Made by a program: the position numbers and the translations under genes. 64,000 bases of DNA from a virus (Duplodnaviria > Caudoviricetes): positions 1 to 64,000 of IMG/VR virus record IMGVR_UViG_3300013280_000005. The stretch is one strand, 5' to 3'. The notes beneath the pieces are model-generated. The model saw nothing but the letters and a program-made list of their open reading frames with translations. It did no database searches and had not been told where the DNA came from. Below are positions 20,124 to 30,464 of this stretch, piece by piece (the first letter of the stretch is position 1; every line of letters starts with the position of its first letter).

Positions 20124-23100
20124 TTAGACAGAGCGTCCATATGTATTATCTACACCGACACTATACGCCTTCTTGAAGTTAAGCTGCGTCTTTATCTCCT
20201 CTACCGTCTTATCACCGAACTTAATAACTGTCGGTTGATTTGCCGCACCCACGATCTGCGACAGTAACGAGATAACTTGATCCATCTTATCCTTCTCACC
20301 ACTACCACCCGATGTTGTAATTGTTTGTCCCTTCTGTTCATCTGGTGAGCCAAACAACCCTCCTATGAATCCACCTATAGCGTTAGCAACCCCCTTTATA
20401 CCACCACTTTCAACAGAACGAACATCCTCCATCTTCTCAATGATAACGTCTAGCTTATCAGTATCAAAATTCGCAAGACTTGCAGTGGACTTAGCAAAAT
20501 ATTGAAACGCATCCGCTAGATCACGTATAGATTTAGCAGTAAGCAAGAGAGCATCTGGCTTCAGTTTAGTAGAAATTTTCATAACTTGTTCCATAGGACT
20601 TTCACCACCAAACAACTTACCTAGCCCATCTGCTATTGCACCTATACCACTACCACCACCAAATGCAACAAGTGCAGCACCTAACGCGGTAATGCTACCC
20701 GCAATTGCCATCAATTTAGCTGGATTTAAGTTTCCTATTGCAAGTAACCTATCAAGCACTCCAGTTATCTGACTTCCTATTGCGTTTATTGCATTAACTA
20801 TGACGTTACCCACACTTTGAACCACTGCATTTAATCCGTTGAAGAATGCGTTTATAAGCGGAGTAGCCTTCGTCAAGCTATCGGCCATCAGCATCATACC
20901 AGCACCAAACACTAAAACAGCCGCCGATATTACAAGAAGAGCACCAGCACCAGCGTATGCTAGTGGGGCAACCATACCAAGTAAGACAGCCACACCCGCT
21001 AATACTACAATTACGGCGATACCCTTAAGAATAGAACCCCATTCAACTTCATTGAAAGTCTTAAATCCTTGCGCCATGACATACAACGCAGCAGACAAGA
21101 TAAGCAGTGCTACGGAACCAGCAATTATTTGACCTTTTATCTTATCAATCAAAAATGCCGCACCAACTAATGCCAATAATCCAACTACGCCCTTGGCAAT
21201 TCCATCCCAATTTACCTTCCCGAACTCTTGAAATGCCTTAGCCGCAACATATAAAGCTGCTGCTAGTATAAGAATAGCGGCGGCTGACATCATAAGTTTT
21301 TTAGCGTCAATCTTGTTAACAAAATTTGCTATACTATCGCCGATCCCCCCACCCTTTCCAGCCTTAGCCGCTTTATCTGGTTTTGAAGGTAGAGCTTTTT
21401 CAGCAAGACCTTTACCCTTATCAGTTACCTTGCTCATCGCACCACCAACTTTGTCAATGATCGCTTTACCAGCATCTTTAGCTTTCTCCTTGAGCATATC
21501 CATACCCTTGGTAAGCAAAGCCTTTCCAACGAAGAACCCAGCGACAACACCTAGAACTCCCGCAACGCCTCCAAACGAGGCTTGTACGGTCTTCGTACCT
21601 TCATCCACTTTAAACAGCGCACTAAATATACCAGCTAGCGGAGTTAATATAGCACTCAGTACCTTGAAGATAGTCTTCACTATTGGTACTACATTTGCCA
21701 TTATTCCCTTCGCAGTGTTAATAACATCATTTAATAACTCACCCGATTCAGCCGAATCAAGAAGACCATGTACTAACTCAAGAACGGGTGCTAACAAAGA
21801 TTGTAATTTTTCTTGAACTTTTTTCAATACGTCTTGGAATCTCTGTTGCATAGTCGCAACTTCCTTCTGCTTAGCTAACTCTTGAATGTATGCCTTCTGT
21901 TTCTCATCGCCAGTCTTTGCTGCTAAATCTTTTAGTTCAGCCGCATTCTTTGCTTGTAGTTCTTCTGCACGTGCAGAACTCATACCAATATCCTTCAGCT
22001 TCTGTGCATTGGTTAACATACTAGTCATCTCATCAACACTCATACCCATAGCGTCTGCAAATGACTTCTGCTGAATGCGATTCATCTTCTGAAAATCTTC
22101 TAACGATCCAGCTTGGTTAAGTATTTCATCCTGTAGAGACGCAACATCTCCAGTCAAAGCGAAATATCTAGCAGCATCTAGGTTCAAATTCTTTCCAGTC
22201 AATGCACGTGCTTCCATCTCCTTCCCAAGAGATGCCTCTATGTCTAACATACCATCGCCAATGTCTTGAACTTTTCCAAGTTCCATGCCTAGCATCTTAG
22301 CCTTTGCAGCAGCCTTAATAAGCTCTTGAGTACCACCTTTGAATGCAACAACAACTGATTTTGGAATTGAAGCCATCATCTTCAACGCATCTTTAGAGCT
22401 GAATAGACCCTTGTTAAGAGTCGATGACTCCATCGTGAGTTCGCCCATACTCTTTCCGGTCATGACTGAAAGGTTATGGATACTTGCAATCTCTTCATTA
22501 CTCAAATTGAATTTTTCACTGAGAACAGTAGTGTCTTTTACTAATTGTTTTACAGCGGGGTTATTTTGTTTAAACAAGGCAGGAGCACTCATTCCACCTA
22601 GAACTTCAGATGTAGCTTTAACCCCAGCTAGAACTTCTTTTGAGTTTAGACCGACTAATTTCATCTCACCAGCAATAGCAACAGTTTCATGGTGCAACCC
22701 AATCGCTTCTTGCCTAGATACGCCAAATGTTTTACCTACTTCACTAACTTCAGCATCAAGCTCCATTACATTGTGAAGTAAGAAACCAAATGCAGTGGCT
22801 GCTAAACCGCCGACGACACCGCCTATGATTCCAAGTTTACCCACCATTCCCGTTGCACCAGGGCCTAGCTTACCTAGTATGTTATCAAGTGCTCCACCTA
22901 ATTTTGATTCAACAGATTTAGCTAATCCCTCGATGTTCAATGCTTTCGATAGATGTGAACCGCCTGGAATCTTACCAAGTATACCCGATATTGATGATAT
23001 GGATTTTCCAACCCCACTAGCAATATCGCCACTAACCTTCTTGACCTCTTTCATTCTTTTCGCAGCAGAATCATATGTAGCATTTAACTGTGTAGAAGAT

Positions 23101-23861
23101 TCTACTAAGTTATTTGCAATGTCTAACTGCATAGTCATATCCAATATTCTTGACTGCAACGCATCTGCTTCCTCTTGAGATGCCGCTGACGTTCTCTTCG
23201 CAATCAAGTCTGCTACATCAAGTTCCATCAACTTGATAGCATTCCGCTGGCTTTCTATATCTACCGATTGATAGTTTCCTTTGATGACATCGTTGGACTG
23301 CTTTAAGATTGAATCTTGTATAGTCTTAGCTTGACTAGTCAACGAGACGTATCTATCCGAGAAGGAAACAATTTCCTTCATAGCTTCTTTGGAGAGATTC
23401 TCAGTTTTAGAGGTGTCGTTTAGAGTTTCTAAGAATGTAGCGGCGGCAACTGCTTGTTTACTCTGAAGCTCCACTAACGCTAATTGATTCTTGCCCAACT
23501 TACCAACGGATGGTAGCATCGCCTCATTATTAACTCTAGCAAGTTTTATGTTGTCGGCATAAGCCTTCGCGGTGAGTAACGCATCATCTCGAAGATCGCG
23601 AAGTTTCTCCTCATTCGTAAGTTTACGCTTTGAAAACTTTTCATCCGAATCATTAAACTCAGTTTGCTTTTTACGATCTTCCTTCAACTCTTTAATGAGT
23701 TCTAGTTGCTTTTCAACTAAAGAGTTAACTTCTTTCTGCGCCGCCGCTTGTTCAGTTAACATCTTGTTGACCGTAGAAAGAATATCCCCGAACTTCTTAG
23801 TTAAATCAATGGAGTCCGATAAATCCTCTTTTCGTTTATTATCGTCTTTCTTAGATGCCAT
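20124..23861 (-). CDS. Tape measure protein
   Basis: 1245 aa, helical Ala/Lys/Gly-rich, hydrophobic C-terminal repeats, downstream of the tail chaperones. Confidence 0.85.
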   Translation of the reverse strand: MASKKDDNKRKEDLSDSIDLTKKFGDILSTVNKMLTEQAAAQKEVNSLVEKQLELIKELKEDRKKQTEFNDSDEKFSKRKLTNEEKLRDLRDDALLTAKAYADNIKLARVNNEAMLPSVGKLGKNQLALVELQSKQAVAAATFLETLNDTSKTENLSKEAMKEIVSFSDRYVSLTSQAKTIQDSILKQSNDVIKGNYQSVDIESQRNAIKLMELDVADLIAKRTSAASQEEADALQSRILDMTMQLDIANNLVESSTQLNATYDSAAKRMKEVKKVSGDIASGVGKSISSISGILGKIPGGSHLSKALNIEGLAKSVESKLGGALDNILGKLGPGATGMVGKLGIIGGVVGGLAATAFGFLLHNVMELDAEVSEVGKTFGVSRQEAIGLHHETVAIAGEMKLVGLNSKEVLAGVKATSEVLGGMSAPALFKQNNPAVKQLVKDTTVLSEKFNLSNEEIASIHNLSVMTGKSMGELTMESSTLNKGLFSSKDALKMMASIPKSVVVAFKGGTQELIKAAAKAKMLGMELGKVQDIGDGMLDIEASLGKEMEARALTGKNLNLDAARYFALTGDVASLQDEILNQAGSLEDFQKMNRIQQKSFADAMGMSVDEMTSMLTNAQKLKDIGMSSARAEELQAKNAAELKDLAAKTGDEKQKAYIQELAKQKEVATMQQRFQDVLKKVQEKLQSLLAPVLELVHGLLDSAESGELLNDVINTAKGIMANVVPIVKTIFKVLSAILTPLAGIFSALFKVDEGTKTVQASFGGVAGVLGVVAGFFVGKALLTKGMDMLKEKAKDAGKAIIDKVGGAMSKVTDKGKGLAEKALPSKPDKAAKAGKGGGIGDSIANFVNKIDAKKLMMSAAAILILAAALYVAAKAFQEFGKVNWDGIAKGVVGLLALVGAAFLIDKIKGQIIAGSVALLILSAALYVMAQGFKTFNEVEWGSILKGIAVIVVLAGVAVLLGMVAPLAYAGAGALLVISAAVLVFGAGMMLMADSLTKATPLINAFFNGLNAVVQSVGNVIVNAINAIGSQITGVLDRLLAIGNLNPAKLMAIAGSITALGAALVAFGGGSGIGAIADGLGKLFGGESPMEQVMKISTKLKPDALLLTAKSIRDLADAFQYFAKSTASLANFDTDKLDVIIEKMEDVRSVESGGIKGVANAIGGFIGGLFGSPDEQKGQTITTSGGSGEKDKMDQVISLLSQIVGAANQPTVIKFGDKTVEEIKTQLNFKKAYSVGVDNTYGRSV

Positions 23862-24130
23862 TAGCCTTTCTCAATTTCATCCTTTATGCGTTGACATTCT
23901 TCTGGGTATTTACTACAAAACTCATCAATAGTTCTTTCCATTCTGTCATATGCTTGATGAGTAGCTTGTACAGCGTCTTTCACTTTAGAGTCTTTATTCA
24001 GTTCTTTGGTTATTTTAGTAACCTTTCTTGCGGCGATGAGATCGATTATTAAACTTTTCAACACATCTTTGAGTTTGGAGCCTATTATTCCAAACTTAGA
24101 TTTGCCGTGTGATCTTCTTTTTGTAGGCAT
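23861..24130 (-). CDS. Small hypothetical protein coupled to the tape measure gene
   Basis: GGAG before the start; stop overlaps the tape measure ATG. Confidence 0.65.
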   Translation of the reverse strand: MPTKRRSHGKSKFGIIGSKLKDVLKSLIIDLIAARKVTKITKELNKDSKVKDAVQATHQAYDRMERTIDEFCSKYPEECQRIKDEIEKG

Positions 24131-24151
24131 CTACATGTCTCCTGAAATGAG

Positions 24152-24185
24152 AGTGGGTTACATACAGATAAATATGTAACCCACT
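24152..24185. other. Perfect 13-bp hairpin containing a promoter-like motif
   Basis: AGTGGGTTACATA-cagataaa-TATGTAACCCACT. Confidence 0.75.
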
Positions 24186-24189
24186 ATGT

Positions 24190-24429
24190 TTAAGGTCTTC
24201 TAAAGTTTGGGACATTACCCCGTTTTGCCTTATTATATTCGTCTTGCTCTAACTTGTTTCGTTCGTCTATTTTCTCCTTTACCTTGGTAATGTAGAACCG
24301 ACGAAGGTGTATTGGCATATTGTATACTTCACCCCATGTAAATCCACCTTGTCCATGATAACATAGAGCGAATACCTCTTCATGAAGCTCCCTCTTATAC
24401 TCCGAGGTCAGGCCAAAAAAAGCTGACAT
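24190..24429 (-). CDS. Tail-chaperone C-terminal extension (gpT-like), possibly made by frameshifting
   Basis: GGFTWGEVYNMPIHLRRFY resembles gpT-type extensions; overlaps the upstream gene at a T7 run. Confidence 0.7.
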   Translation of the reverse strand: MSAFFGLTSEYKRELHEEVFALCYHGQGGFTWGEVYNMPIHLRRFYITKVKEKIDERNKLEQDEYNKAKRGNVPNFRRP

Positions 24430-25270
24430 CCATAGGGATGTCCAACTCCTTCACTTCCCCCGTAGTTGAGGATGTAAATGTAAACTTCATATCTAGGTCT
24501 GGAGCTATCTCACGCATGTACTTCCTGAAAGCCTTTGAGTCTCTAGCAAATAACTCATTATCAACAAACGAGTTTATAAACGTCCTCCCACGCTCACCAT
24601 CAACCGACGTGATCAAATATTTCAATCGCGTACTAAGCTCCCTATCCACACCAGTGCGAACGATTGACTTATTCAACGCTTTCATTTCTTCTTTGATTTG
24701 ATTATTCAATCCAACGGTTGGTAGTCTAAAGGTGATGACCCGTTTTGTCGCGGGTAATTCAAATGTAAATTCATTCTTCCTATCTGCAAACAGAGAATAG
24801 TCCACCTCCTTGTGCTCTATCTGCGTAAGATCAATAGTGACCTGTTGTTTTTGTGTTGGATCAGACGGGTCATCAACCGTAACTACATAATCCGCACCAT
24901 ACCCTAGTATTCGGGCGGCAATCATAATGGCGTTCTTATCACCTTCATATAGGTCGTCATATCTAAATTTAGTCACCAACAAGGATTCAAACAGTTTATC
25001 AAACACTACCCCCTGCTTGATAAGATTTGAAGATGTTAGAATATCCTCTTCCTTAGCAGTCATGTACTTCATTTCAACCGTACCGTTAGCTAACGGATGA
25101 TCTTCGGGGTATAACAGCCCTTTAGATGGTAACGGAACTATCTCAGTTGGAAAGTTATTAGCTCTAACCTCCGCCTGCTTATAGTCTGCTAAAAGACTAC
25201 TTTTCAGTTCAGCGTCTGATATATGTTCTGGTATAGGCAAGTTATTGCCCGTGTCAATTCTTGAATTCAT
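24395..25270 (-). CDS. Tail/baseplate assembly chaperone (T4 gp26/gp51-like)
   Basis: PLPSKGLLYP, MTAKEEDIL, GDKNAIMIAARILGYG, C-terminal FFWP. Confidence 0.8.
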   Translation of the reverse strand: MNSRIDTGNNLPIPEHISDAELKSSLLADYKQAEVRANNFPTEIVPLPSKGLLYPEDHPLANGTVEMKYMTAKEEDILTSSNLIKQGVVFDKLFESLLVTKFRYDDLYEGDKNAIMIAARILGYGADYVVTVDDPSDPTQKQQVTIDLTQIEHKEVDYSLFADRKNEFTFELPATKRVITFRLPTVGLNNQIKEEMKALNKSIVRTGVDRELSTRLKYLITSVDGERGRTFINSFVDNELFARDSKAFRKYMREIAPDLDMKFTFTSSTTGEVKELDIPMDVSFFWPDLGV

Positions 25271-25311
25271 AACACTCTTTCATGTTGTAACTGAAACTAT
25301 TTTGTGGTTAC

Positions 25312-25319
25312 TATAAATA
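25312..25319 (-). promoter_or_regulatory. Late-promoter-like motif
   Basis: TATTTATA on the coding strand upstream of 25270. Confidence 0.65.
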
Positions 25320-25339
25320 TAGTCTTGTTTGCAAAAACT

Positions 25340-26470
25340 TCACATCAATGACCAATCTATCCCATTAGCGGTTTCTTTAATGACGAAGACAGCACTATCC
25401 GTGTATAAGATTAACGTGGTGTGGTTGTTAATCGCCTTTACGACTGAAGGATTTGGTGTTCGCGCAAATTCAACTTCCGCGTATTGAAGAACATCTTCTA
25501 TATCACTAGCCTCATCCAACACATCTACCATTTCATCACTCGTCGCTCCTGGTACGTAACATGTGATTATTTGTGAGAAATCAACACGCTTAAACGCTTG
25601 AATCAAGTTATCAATGCGCTTATTCGTTTTACGACTCGCTACGAATCTAGTGCCTACAGTCATGAATCTTCCCTCAACGTCTTTCACGTGCTTTTCTGCC
25701 GCAACATATGACTTTTGATCAGCCGTAGGTATAACAAGATTTATTGTAGAGCCGCCGATTTTTCGTGTATCTTTGTCTGAAACTAAAATCCCAAAGAAGC
25801 CACTGAATTTTGGAATAGTTTCAGACCAGATGTGGTACGAACCTTCGTACAGAGTATCGGAACTTATAAGTGCATCCACATCTTTGAGCGCAGATGCATA
25901 TAAAAGTTTACCATATCCTCTACCACGATATCCTGGGGATATTTTAGATACATCAACAACCTTAACATCGTTCCACCCGTATATCCGTTTAAACGTTGGG
26001 GAGTTAGATTCCGAGGTTCCTAAAACGCCAATGAATAGATGTTTGAATACATCCTTAAGTAAATATTCACTATGCTTTGTGGCATCGGCATTGGCATCCC
26101 AACCATCTTTACCCAATTGATTGAGTAAATGTGTTTCATCAAATTTAGCAATACAATAATATACACCATCATTAACCAACCCGTTTGTTAATTCTTCGAC
26201 ATCATAGAATTTAAAAACCGTGACATCACCATCTTTTAGCAGAACATGAAATCGTTTTGAAATAAACACAGATACGATTCGCAAAATTTGTTTTACACTA
26301 GAACGAATTGTACCCCCTTTGACCTTAATAGTGATCAATTGTTCCAACTGAAGAATTTCATTACACTCATCAATCAATGATAATGCATGTTCAGACGAAC
26401 TCCACTGCCCCCTACTTTTATTAACTTCGGAAAGTGTTTCTGTCAATATGTCACGAAACAGTTTTATCAT
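25340..26470 (-). CDS. Hypothetical protein with GNAT-like acetyl-CoA-binding motif
   Basis: ISPGYRGRGYGKLLY matches the R/QxxGxG GNAT motif A; N-terminal MIKLFRDILTE leader. Confidence 0.6.
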   Translation of the reverse strand: MIKLFRDILTETLSEVNKSRGQWSSSEHALSLIDECNEILQLEQLITIKVKGGTIRSSVKQILRIVSVFISKRFHVLLKDGDVTVFKFYDVEELTNGLVNDGVYYCIAKFDETHLLNQLGKDGWDANADATKHSEYLLKDVFKHLFIGVLGTSESNSPTFKRIYGWNDVKVVDVSKISPGYRGRGYGKLLYASALKDVDALISSDTLYEGSYHIWSETIPKFSGFFGILVSDKDTRKIGGSTINLVIPTADQKSYVAAEKHVKDVEGRFMTVGTRFVASRKTNKRIDNLIQAFKRVDFSQIITCYVPGATSDEMVDVLDEASDIEDVLQYAEVEFARTPNPSVVKAINNHTTLILYTDSAVFVIKETANGIDWSLM

Positions 26471-27273
26471 TTATTAGGATCGTTTTCTCTGCGAAACTTA
26501 ATATGATTAACGATGAATACTATAATCAACACCGTACATACGATACCTATTACTACCAAGAATATCTGCATAGCGTCTGCCATTTGCTGTAAACTTTGTT
26601 CTTGAGTCAATGGCTTAGCAACATGTTGAATATAATCTTGTGGATTAGCTGTACTGTCAGCAGCACGGGCGGCAAGACGTGCTGCCTCTCTAATCTCCGC
26701 GTTTCTTTTCGCCCACGCTTCAAATTCTGCTGGACTTTGACCACAAAAAGCACACGCTTTAGCAATAATCGGCGATAAAGTTGTCACCGCCGTTAGCACA
26801 CCAGTTTTCTTCACGATGTTGATAAATTTTGGAGACGACACTAACTTATCAGCAAATTTAGTTGCCGTGTCCTTGGCACTTGCGTACATCATCTTTAAGT
26901 TGCTCATTGAAAATATCTTTAATGCAACTTTACCGACACTCGTTACCTTAGTTAAGATAGATGCAATGGAACTTAAGTTCATGCTAAAGATTGATTCGGT
27001 CTTCAATCCACTTGTTAATTCTTCGGCTATCTTCTTTGCATCGTTGGGCAATGACGCTACAATTGACTTAACATCAATTTTCAACTTACTAACCTTATTA
27101 GGATCAATCGTTGGTATTACATCTTCAGCACTCTTTTTGATTATTGGTTCAATAATACTACCCGCAAGCCTCTCAGCTTCTTGCTTAAGCGCATTAATGT
27201 CTTCAGCTTCGTTGATCCGCTGAATTGTCTTCTTTGCTTCTTTAAGCAGTTGAGTGCGAGTTGACAGTTTCAT
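26467..27273 (-). CDS. Membrane-anchored hypothetical protein, paralog 1
   Basis: MKLSTRTQLLKEAK leader; C-terminal TM helix. Confidence 0.75.
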   Translation of the reverse strand: MKLSTRTQLLKEAKKTIQRINEAEDINALKQEAERLAGSIIEPIIKKSAEDVIPTIDPNKVSKLKIDVKSIVASLPNDAKKIAEELTSGLKTESIFSMNLSSIASILTKVTSVGKVALKIFSMSNLKMMYASAKDTATKFADKLVSSPKFINIVKKTGVLTAVTTLSPIIAKACAFCGQSPAEFEAWAKRNAEIREAARLAARAADSTANPQDYIQHVAKPLTQEQSLQQMADAMQIFLVVIGIVCTVLIIVFIVNHIKFRRENDPNK

Positions 27274-27309
27274 AGTTTACTCCAAACATAAAGTATCAGT
27301 AAGACCTTT

Positions 27310-28050
27310 TCAATTTTCAGACTTTTTGTATTTTTTGATAATAAAAATTATAAGAATAACTACAACAAAGAACGCCATTATCGCAAGAAATACTTCAATA
27401 GTGCCGGAATCAGCCAATTCTTTTTTATATCCAGGATTTACGGTCTTCATAAGTGAAATACGTCTAAATTCCAATTCTAACATTTCCTGAGCACGTGAGG
27501 TTGTATCTGCTTCGCTAGTACACCCACATGATGCCTTAGCGACAATAGGTGCAATTGTCGTAAGTGCAGTAAGTATACCAGTCTTCTTCACAACATTGAT
27601 AAACGTTGGTGATGAAATTATTTTATCAGCGAGTCTGGTAGCGGCATCCTTAGTTCTAGTATATATAACCTTCAATGTGCTCAACGGAAAGATTTTCAAT
27701 GCTATCTTACCAACCGAAGTCACCTTACTTAAAATAGATGCAATAGCACTGAGATTTACATTAAAAATTGATTCGGTTTTCAAACCCCGCAGCATCTCTT
27801 CAGCGGCTTTCTTGGCGTCAGAAGGCAACGAAGAAATAATTGATTTGGTGTCAATTTTCACACTCTTAATCTTTTCTAGATCAAGTGAGAACGACTTATC
27901 TTTAATAATCTTTTCAATTTCAGGTGTAATAACATCTTCAACCACGCCCTCAACTTCACTTTTAAGAGCGTTAATATCTTCAGCTTCATTAATTCGCTGA
28001 ATTGTCTTCTTGGCCTCTCTAAGCAATTGAGCACGAGTTGAAAGTTTCAT
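27310..28050 (-). CDS. Membrane-anchored hypothetical protein, paralog 2
   Basis: MKLSTRAQLLREAK leader, strongly similar to the neighbour over ~170 aa; C-terminal TM helix. Confidence 0.75.
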   Translation of the reverse strand: MKLSTRAQLLREAKKTIQRINEAEDINALKSEVEGVVEDVITPEIEKIIKDKSFSLDLEKIKSVKIDTKSIISSLPSDAKKAAEEMLRGLKTESIFNVNLSAIASILSKVTSVGKIALKIFPLSTLKVIYTRTKDAATRLADKIISSPTFINVVKKTGILTALTTIAPIVAKASCGCTSEADTTSRAQEMLELEFRRISLMKTVNPGYKKELADSGTIEVFLAIMAFFVVVILIIFIIKKYKKSEN

Positions 28051-28113
28051 AGTTTTACTCCAAGCATAAAGTATCCGTGTTACTAATAACTATTAGGGAT
28101 TGATTTGGGATGC

Positions 28114-28162
28114 AAAAAGCCCCACATACAAAAATTTTTGAAATGATCGTACGCGAGGCTTT
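28114..28162 (-). terminator. Probable terminator after the tail tube gene
   Basis: Minus strand AAAGCCTCGCGTAC...GTATGTGGGGCTTTTT (stem with G-U pairs, T tail). Confidence 0.55.
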
Positions 28163-28192
28163 ATTATCATACGAAAGAAATGTAAGTATCTC

Positions 28193-28681
28193 TTAGTATT
28201 GGAGTATTGCGTAGTCGTAAGCAATCGTTATATTGATTTCAACGAAAGCGTCATTAGCCCAGTCCATTTCACCAAAATTCGTTTGAGTGATGAATGCACC
28301 CTTTATAGTCCACTCCTCTACCTTATCACCCGTTGGGCCTAAGATAACAAGAGTTAAATCCTTCTTGTAGAAATCGCTATATCCATCGCGACCAGTAACA
28401 GATTCGTGAGATAGACGAACCCACTCCATAACTGCCTGGGCAGCAGATGGCACTATAGGATCGTATAACTTAAGCGTTATATCTTGCCACTCACCCTTAC
28501 CCTTCACCTTACGCTTAACGTTGATGTGATCTAACGTTATCGGGTTGAAGTTGATGTTAGGACGCGTAGCACCCTTAACAAGAAATGCCGGAACACCTTC
28601 AATGTACATGATGTGCCGATTCTGTAGTTTAGGCTCAAACGGAGTAAAAAATATCTCGTTCGGGTCAAGTAATTCTGCCAT
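28193..28681 (-). CDS. Tail tube protein (T4 gp19-like)
   Basis: FEPKLQNR, WQDITLKLYDP, VMEW, YKKD, VEEWTIKGAF; GGAG RBS. Confidence 0.9.
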   Translation of the reverse strand: MAELLDPNEIFFTPFEPKLQNRHIMYIEGVPAFLVKGATRPNINFNPITLDHINVKRKVKGKGEWQDITLKLYDPIVPSAAQAVMEWVRLSHESVTGRDGYSDFYKKDLTLVILGPTGDKVEEWTIKGAFITQTNFGEMDWANDAFVEINITIAYDYAILQY

Positions 28682-28773
28682 TTATTTCTCCAAGTTGCTA
28701 TATTGTGAGCATTACATAAATAAATATGAAAATTACAACTTTCTACCGAGTTATGATAAAAAAAGTTTGTGTA

Positions 28774-28781
28774 TATTTATA
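28774..28781 (+). promoter_or_regulatory. Late-promoter-like motif upstream of the homing endonuclease
   Basis: ATATTTATAG on the plus strand, 34 nt before the only substantial plus-strand gene. Confidence 0.65.
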
Positions 28782-28814
28782 GTGTATGAACCTATTCATT
28801 AAACCTCAACCATT

Positions 28815-30464
28815 ATGAAAACTTGCAAACAATGCTCTCAGCAATTTGAAACGTCAGCATACGAGAGCGATGACTTATGTTCCCGAAAATGCAAAGCGAA
28901 ATACAACAAACAAGTGAACAGTGTTACTAAGACATGTCCCATGTGCAACTCACTTTTTACATATGACAAGAGAAAGCCAAGGGTAGTGTGTAGTAGAAAA
29001 TGTCAGCATAAGTACCAGACTACTGAGGTAGTGATTAAATCTTCAAGATCAAAAATTCGCCAAACACTACTAGCAAGATACGGTGTAGACCACAACTCAA
29101 AAGTTGATGGATTCTTAGAGAAACGAAAGCTAACTAACTTAAAGAAATATGGAGTTGAACACTTTACCAACCGTGACAAAGCAAAGAGAACATTACTAGA
29201 ACGGTATGGAAGCACTAAATTCAACAACACCAAACAAGCACAGGAAACTATGCGAAAACGTTACGGTGTGACTACATTCTCTCAGTCTCCACTCTTCAAA
29301 GAAAAATTACTAAAGAGGTACGGAGTCAATCACCCTCTTCAGACTCCAAAAAATAGACTACGGATGTACCAGAAAGTAATTGCTAAACTCAAAGACGTAA
29401 CTCCTAAATTTGACTTCAATGATTATACCGGAGTCTATACTAAGGTTTATGATTTTGAATGTAATCACTGTCATTCTACGTTTCAATCATCACTAGATGA
29501 TGGGCGAATACCAATATGTCGAACGTGTCATCCCATAACTAGAACAAAGTCAAAGTGTGAATACGAAATCATAGAATGGATTAAGACATTCTATGGTGGT
29601 GAAATTATCCACGGAGATAAGTCGGTGCTCATGGGCAAAGAGTTAGACATCTATCTTCCATCTAAACAGTTAGCAATTGAAGTCAACGGACTCTACTATC
29701 ACGGAGAAATTTCTGGGAATAAGAACAAACAATACCACCTAACGAAGACCAAGCAATGTAGTAGAAATGGAATATCACTTGTTCACGTTCTAGACATTGA
29801 ATGGATTCATAAACAAGAAATTGTTAAATCAATTCTCTCAAATAAGATACTGCCGGAAGATACACGCCATCTGCATGGTAGAAAGTGCACCGTCAAAGAT
29901 ATTTCAGCGGAGGTATCCAACAACTTCCTCTATAACAATCATATACAGGGGGAGGATACCTCATCGGTAAGAATTGGGTTGTTTTACAAAGATGAGTTAG
30001 TATCCGTGTTAACCTTCGGTAAGAATCGATTCAATAAAGAAACTGAATGGGAGATGTATCGATTCTGTAATAAGGTGAACACGAATATTCGGGGCGGCTT
30101 AGAAAAAATGTTTAGCTACTTCGTGAAGATGTACCAACCATCTGGGATATTATCATTCTCCGATAGAAGATACTTCACTGGCCAGACCTATAGTAAGATT
30201 GGATTTACATTAGTTCATATCACACCACCGAACTATCATTACTTCAAGGCTAATGACCATACGACAATATTTGCGTCTAGAAACAGATTCCAAAAGCACA
30301 AGTTAAAGAAGATACTTGAAGTCTATGACGACAAACTAACCGAATGGCAAAACATGCAACTAAATGGTTACGATCGAATATGGGACTGCGGTAGTACTAA
30401 ATGGATATGGTATCCAAAGCAATTTGAAGATTCACAGCCACCCCAAAACGAAGATACTCCTTAG
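28815..30464 (+). mobile_element. Free-standing homing endonuclease-like gene (Zn-ribbons, YGV repeats, PD-(D/E)xK domain, Hef-like C-terminus)
   Basis: CxxC...CSRKC x2, repeated RYGV/KYGV, ELDIYLPSKQLAIEVNGLYYH, NNHIQG...IWDCG; opposite strand, between sheath and tube. Confidence 0.8.
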
